DNA of 28,536 nt from an uncultured Fibrobacterales bacterium (GTDB lineage Bacteria > Fibrobacterota > Fibrobacteria > Fibrobacterales > CAWVXU01), in contig CAWVXU010000030.1 in the NCBI GenBank assembly GCA_963934255.1, forward strand, positions 1 to 28,536, given 5' to 3'. This document shows positions 26,443-28,536 of the stretch, piece by piece. Made by a program: the position numbers and the translations under genes. How positions within the stretch are numbered: position 1 is the stretch's first letter; each line of letters starts with the position of its first letter. The notes below the pieces were generated by a model. The model made no database searches. It saw only the letters and a list, made by a program, of their open reading frames with translations, and had not been told where the DNA came from.

Positions 26443-26833
26443 AATTGTCACTGGGCTTAATGCTCTTATCGTTGCTGTCTTATTACCTGCTCTATGGGCA
26501 GCTCGTATCGGTAAAATAGACCTTCATAAAAAACTCATTACTGTGGCTCTTGTGGCTTCAACTATATTGTTAGGGCTTTGGTTTTATGAGAAATACATTA
26601 ATGGCTCAACTGTCTATAAAAGTTTAAGTAATTCTCGTGGTGCCAAGATATTTTTAGCGACCCACATCTTCTCAAGTGTCGTTGAATTGCCATTAATAGT
26701 ATGGGCTGTGATTCTGGGTATTAAGGGTAAAATCGCCAAGCATCGTAAGATAGCTCGCATCACTGCATGTATTTGGCTTTATACCTCAATAACGGGCATA
26801 ATGCTTTATTTTATGACTGACTATTCAATCTGA
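26435..26833 (+). CDS. DUF420 / CtaM-like oxidase assembly membrane protein
   Basis: LNA, HKKL, FLATHI, HRKIAR and WLYTSITG motifs; cox cluster context. Confidence 0.85.
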   Translation: MPEIVTGLNALIVAVLLPALWAARIGKIDLHKKLITVALVASTILLGLWFYEKYINGSTVYKSLSNSRGAKIFLATHIFSSVVELPLIVWAVILGIKGKIAKHRKIARITACIWLYTSITGIMLYFMTDYSI

Positions 26834-26834
26834 T

Positions 26835-27305
26835 ATGAATGATTTGAATTACGAGAACGTTCCTGAAAAATTGGAGCGTACTTTCAAGGTATTAGCTGGA
26901 GTCCAATTACTTATGGGTACCGGAGTATTAATTGTGGTTCAAGCTTTCCAAGTCGAACAAGCAGATTTAGGGGCAGCAATTCTTAAAATAGGAATTGCCC
27001 TAGCTCCGATTGTAGCCGCTACGAGTGCTGTTCTTAGCCGTATCGGATATAAAATACTGCTTCGTAAATATTTCAATCAAGTGCATAAAAAGACAATACC
27101 TCCATCTAGCTTTAAGTCCAAATTTGAGAAGTTATATATCGCTCGTTTGGTCTTGCTTGAAGTTGCCACAATCTTCAGTCTAGTCTTGTGCCTATTGAGT
27201 GGTGACCAAAACCTACTAGCTATTTCATGCTTTTCATTTTCTGTATTTATTTTGACAAAACCAACTTTGGTGAGGCTAAATCAAGAGCTTCAATCTAACG
27301 CCTAA
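26835..27305 (+). CDS. Hypothetical membrane protein (about 4 TM)
   Basis: 156-aa hydrophobic ORF starting 1 nt after the DUF420 stop. Confidence 0.65.
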   Translation: MNDLNYENVPEKLERTFKVLAGVQLLMGTGVLIVVQAFQVEQADLGAAILKIGIALAPIVAATSAVLSRIGYKILLRKYFNQVHKKTIPPSSFKSKFEKLYIARLVLLEVATIFSLVLCLLSGDQNLLAISCFSFSVFILTKPTLVRLNQELQSNA

Positions 27306-28380
27306 ATTGTTGAATTAAATTTACGGAACACAACAGAAGTACACAGCCCCAAACTTGATGGGCCAGCGCTGTATGCATTTGAGTATGAGTTAATACGGTC
27401 AAAATCCCTAAAATAAATTGTCCAGAGACGGCTATCGCAAGATAATTGAGAGCTGTTTGGTGATGACGGTAATGATTCAGGTCCCCCGCACTAGCTATGT
27501 GAAGTGCGTTTAAAGCTTTTTTACCAAAATACCATAATCCAAGAATACCGAAAAACAGCACCCATGCAAACGTTCGATGGATAAAGTGGACGGTAGTAAT
27601 ATCAAAGACTAGACTTCTTAGGAACGTAGGCGTCCCAAACATGTGAGGTGGAATCAAATAACCGAACATTTTCGGGAAATCAGTAAATACATAGCCTGCT
27701 TTAAGTCCCGCATTGAGGCCCCCATAAGCAATTTGAAAAAGAAGAAGTGCGGGTAAAATGACGCTTGAATTTACAAGCCAAGTAGGAATTGATTTATTAA
27801 ACCCTTTTTGTTTGGCTGGCCAAAGTTCAGTCATTGCAATCCAAACTAGGTAGGATACTAAAATAAAAGCAGTACATAAATGCGTAGTGAGTCTAAGGTG
27901 AGAAACATGGGGAATTTTAACCAATCCACTTTTTACCATATACCAACCGATAAACCCTTGAGTTGCTCCTAAGGCAAAGGCAAGAAGAAGTTTTAAGTTA
28001 AGTTTACTTTTGAATTTGATAGTCTTTCTGATCATAAAATAAAACCAAGGCAATGCAAAACACATACCAATAAGCCGACCAAGCATTCGGTGTAAGTATT
28101 CCCACCAAAAGATTTCTTTAAATTGTTCAACGGTCATGTCATAATTGATCAGCTGATACTCTGGAAATTTCTTATATGCCTCAAAAACTTCAAGCCAAGC
28201 GGATTGACTCAGAGGGGGTAGATTCCCAATCAAACTCCAGTCAACCATTGAAAGTCCGGCACCCGAAAGCCTAGTAGCCCCACCCAAGACAACCATAATC
28301 ATTATTAAGAAGGAAACTGCTCCAAGCCAAATGACCACGGGCGTGTTTGGTTTTTTTGTAACATTCTCCATAATGACCAC
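27295..28380 (-). CDS. ctaA: Heme A synthase (COX15-like, type 2)
   Basis: GGATRLSGAGLS, EYLHRMLGR, GWYMVKSGL, RLTTHL, HFIHR, AHQ. Start may be ATG at 28371. Confidence 0.93.
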   Translation of the reverse strand: MVIMENVTKKPNTPVVIWLGAVSFLIMIMVVLGGATRLSGAGLSMVDWSLIGNLPPLSQSAWLEVFEAYKKFPEYQLINYDMTVEQFKEIFWWEYLHRMLGRLIGMCFALPWFYFMIRKTIKFKSKLNLKLLLAFALGATQGFIGWYMVKSGLVKIPHVSHLRLTTHLCTAFILVSYLVWIAMTELWPAKQKGFNKSIPTWLVNSSVILPALLLFQIAYGGLNAGLKAGYVFTDFPKMFGYLIPPHMFGTPTFLRSLVFDITTVHFIHRTFAWVLFFGILGLWYFGKKALNALHIASAGDLNHYRHHQTALNYLAIAVSGQFILGILTVLTHTQMHTALAHQVWGCVLLLCSVNLIQQFRR

Positions 28381-28536
28381 CCTTTAATGATTAAAGTGAA
28401 TCTCGTTTACGTCATAAATTTACAAAATAAAAGGGCTAAGCTTGAAAATTATGAATGATAAGTTAGATAATAATTAACCACTAAAAAAGCCAAGGATGAA
28501 CAATCCTTATCTATAAGACTAGCCTTTTCAAATCAC

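Noticed and set aside
28492..28508. Terminator hairpin AAGGAT-GAACA-ATCCTT upstream of ctaA
   Set aside because: Short AT-rich stem without an adjacent U tract, and the context is cut by the window edge.

Overview
AT-rich (roughly 35-40% GC by eye) bacterial chromosomal segment, mostly housekeeping and envelope genes, with no clear mobile element or CRISPR array. A PorV/PorQ-like barrel tentatively suggests the FCB group, possibly Fibrobacterota (inference only). In order: a degraded SGNH-hydrolase remnant; GAF-GGDEF, SWIM protein and queD; pilD; nfeD plus two SPFH genes; a 2[4Fe-4S] ferredoxin coupled to an archaeal-type geranylgeranyl reductase; xerC plus a metallophosphoesterase; a PorV-like, STAS, degenerate M23, lipoprotein, amidohydrolase, MFS run; an HDOD pseudogene; pdxA-queG; a lipoprotein; tRNA(CAT, probably Ile2); and a caa3-type heme-copper oxidase cluster with a convergent heme A synthase. 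The most notable observation is in the oxidase. It keeps all metal ligands, the cross-linked Tyr and the A1-type GHPEVY motif, but appears to have lost the whole K proton channel (Lys, Thr, Ser and the subunit II Glu). Its D-channel helix IV is also remodelled and carries a new Glu. All protein calls come from motif recognition by eye; no searches were run.
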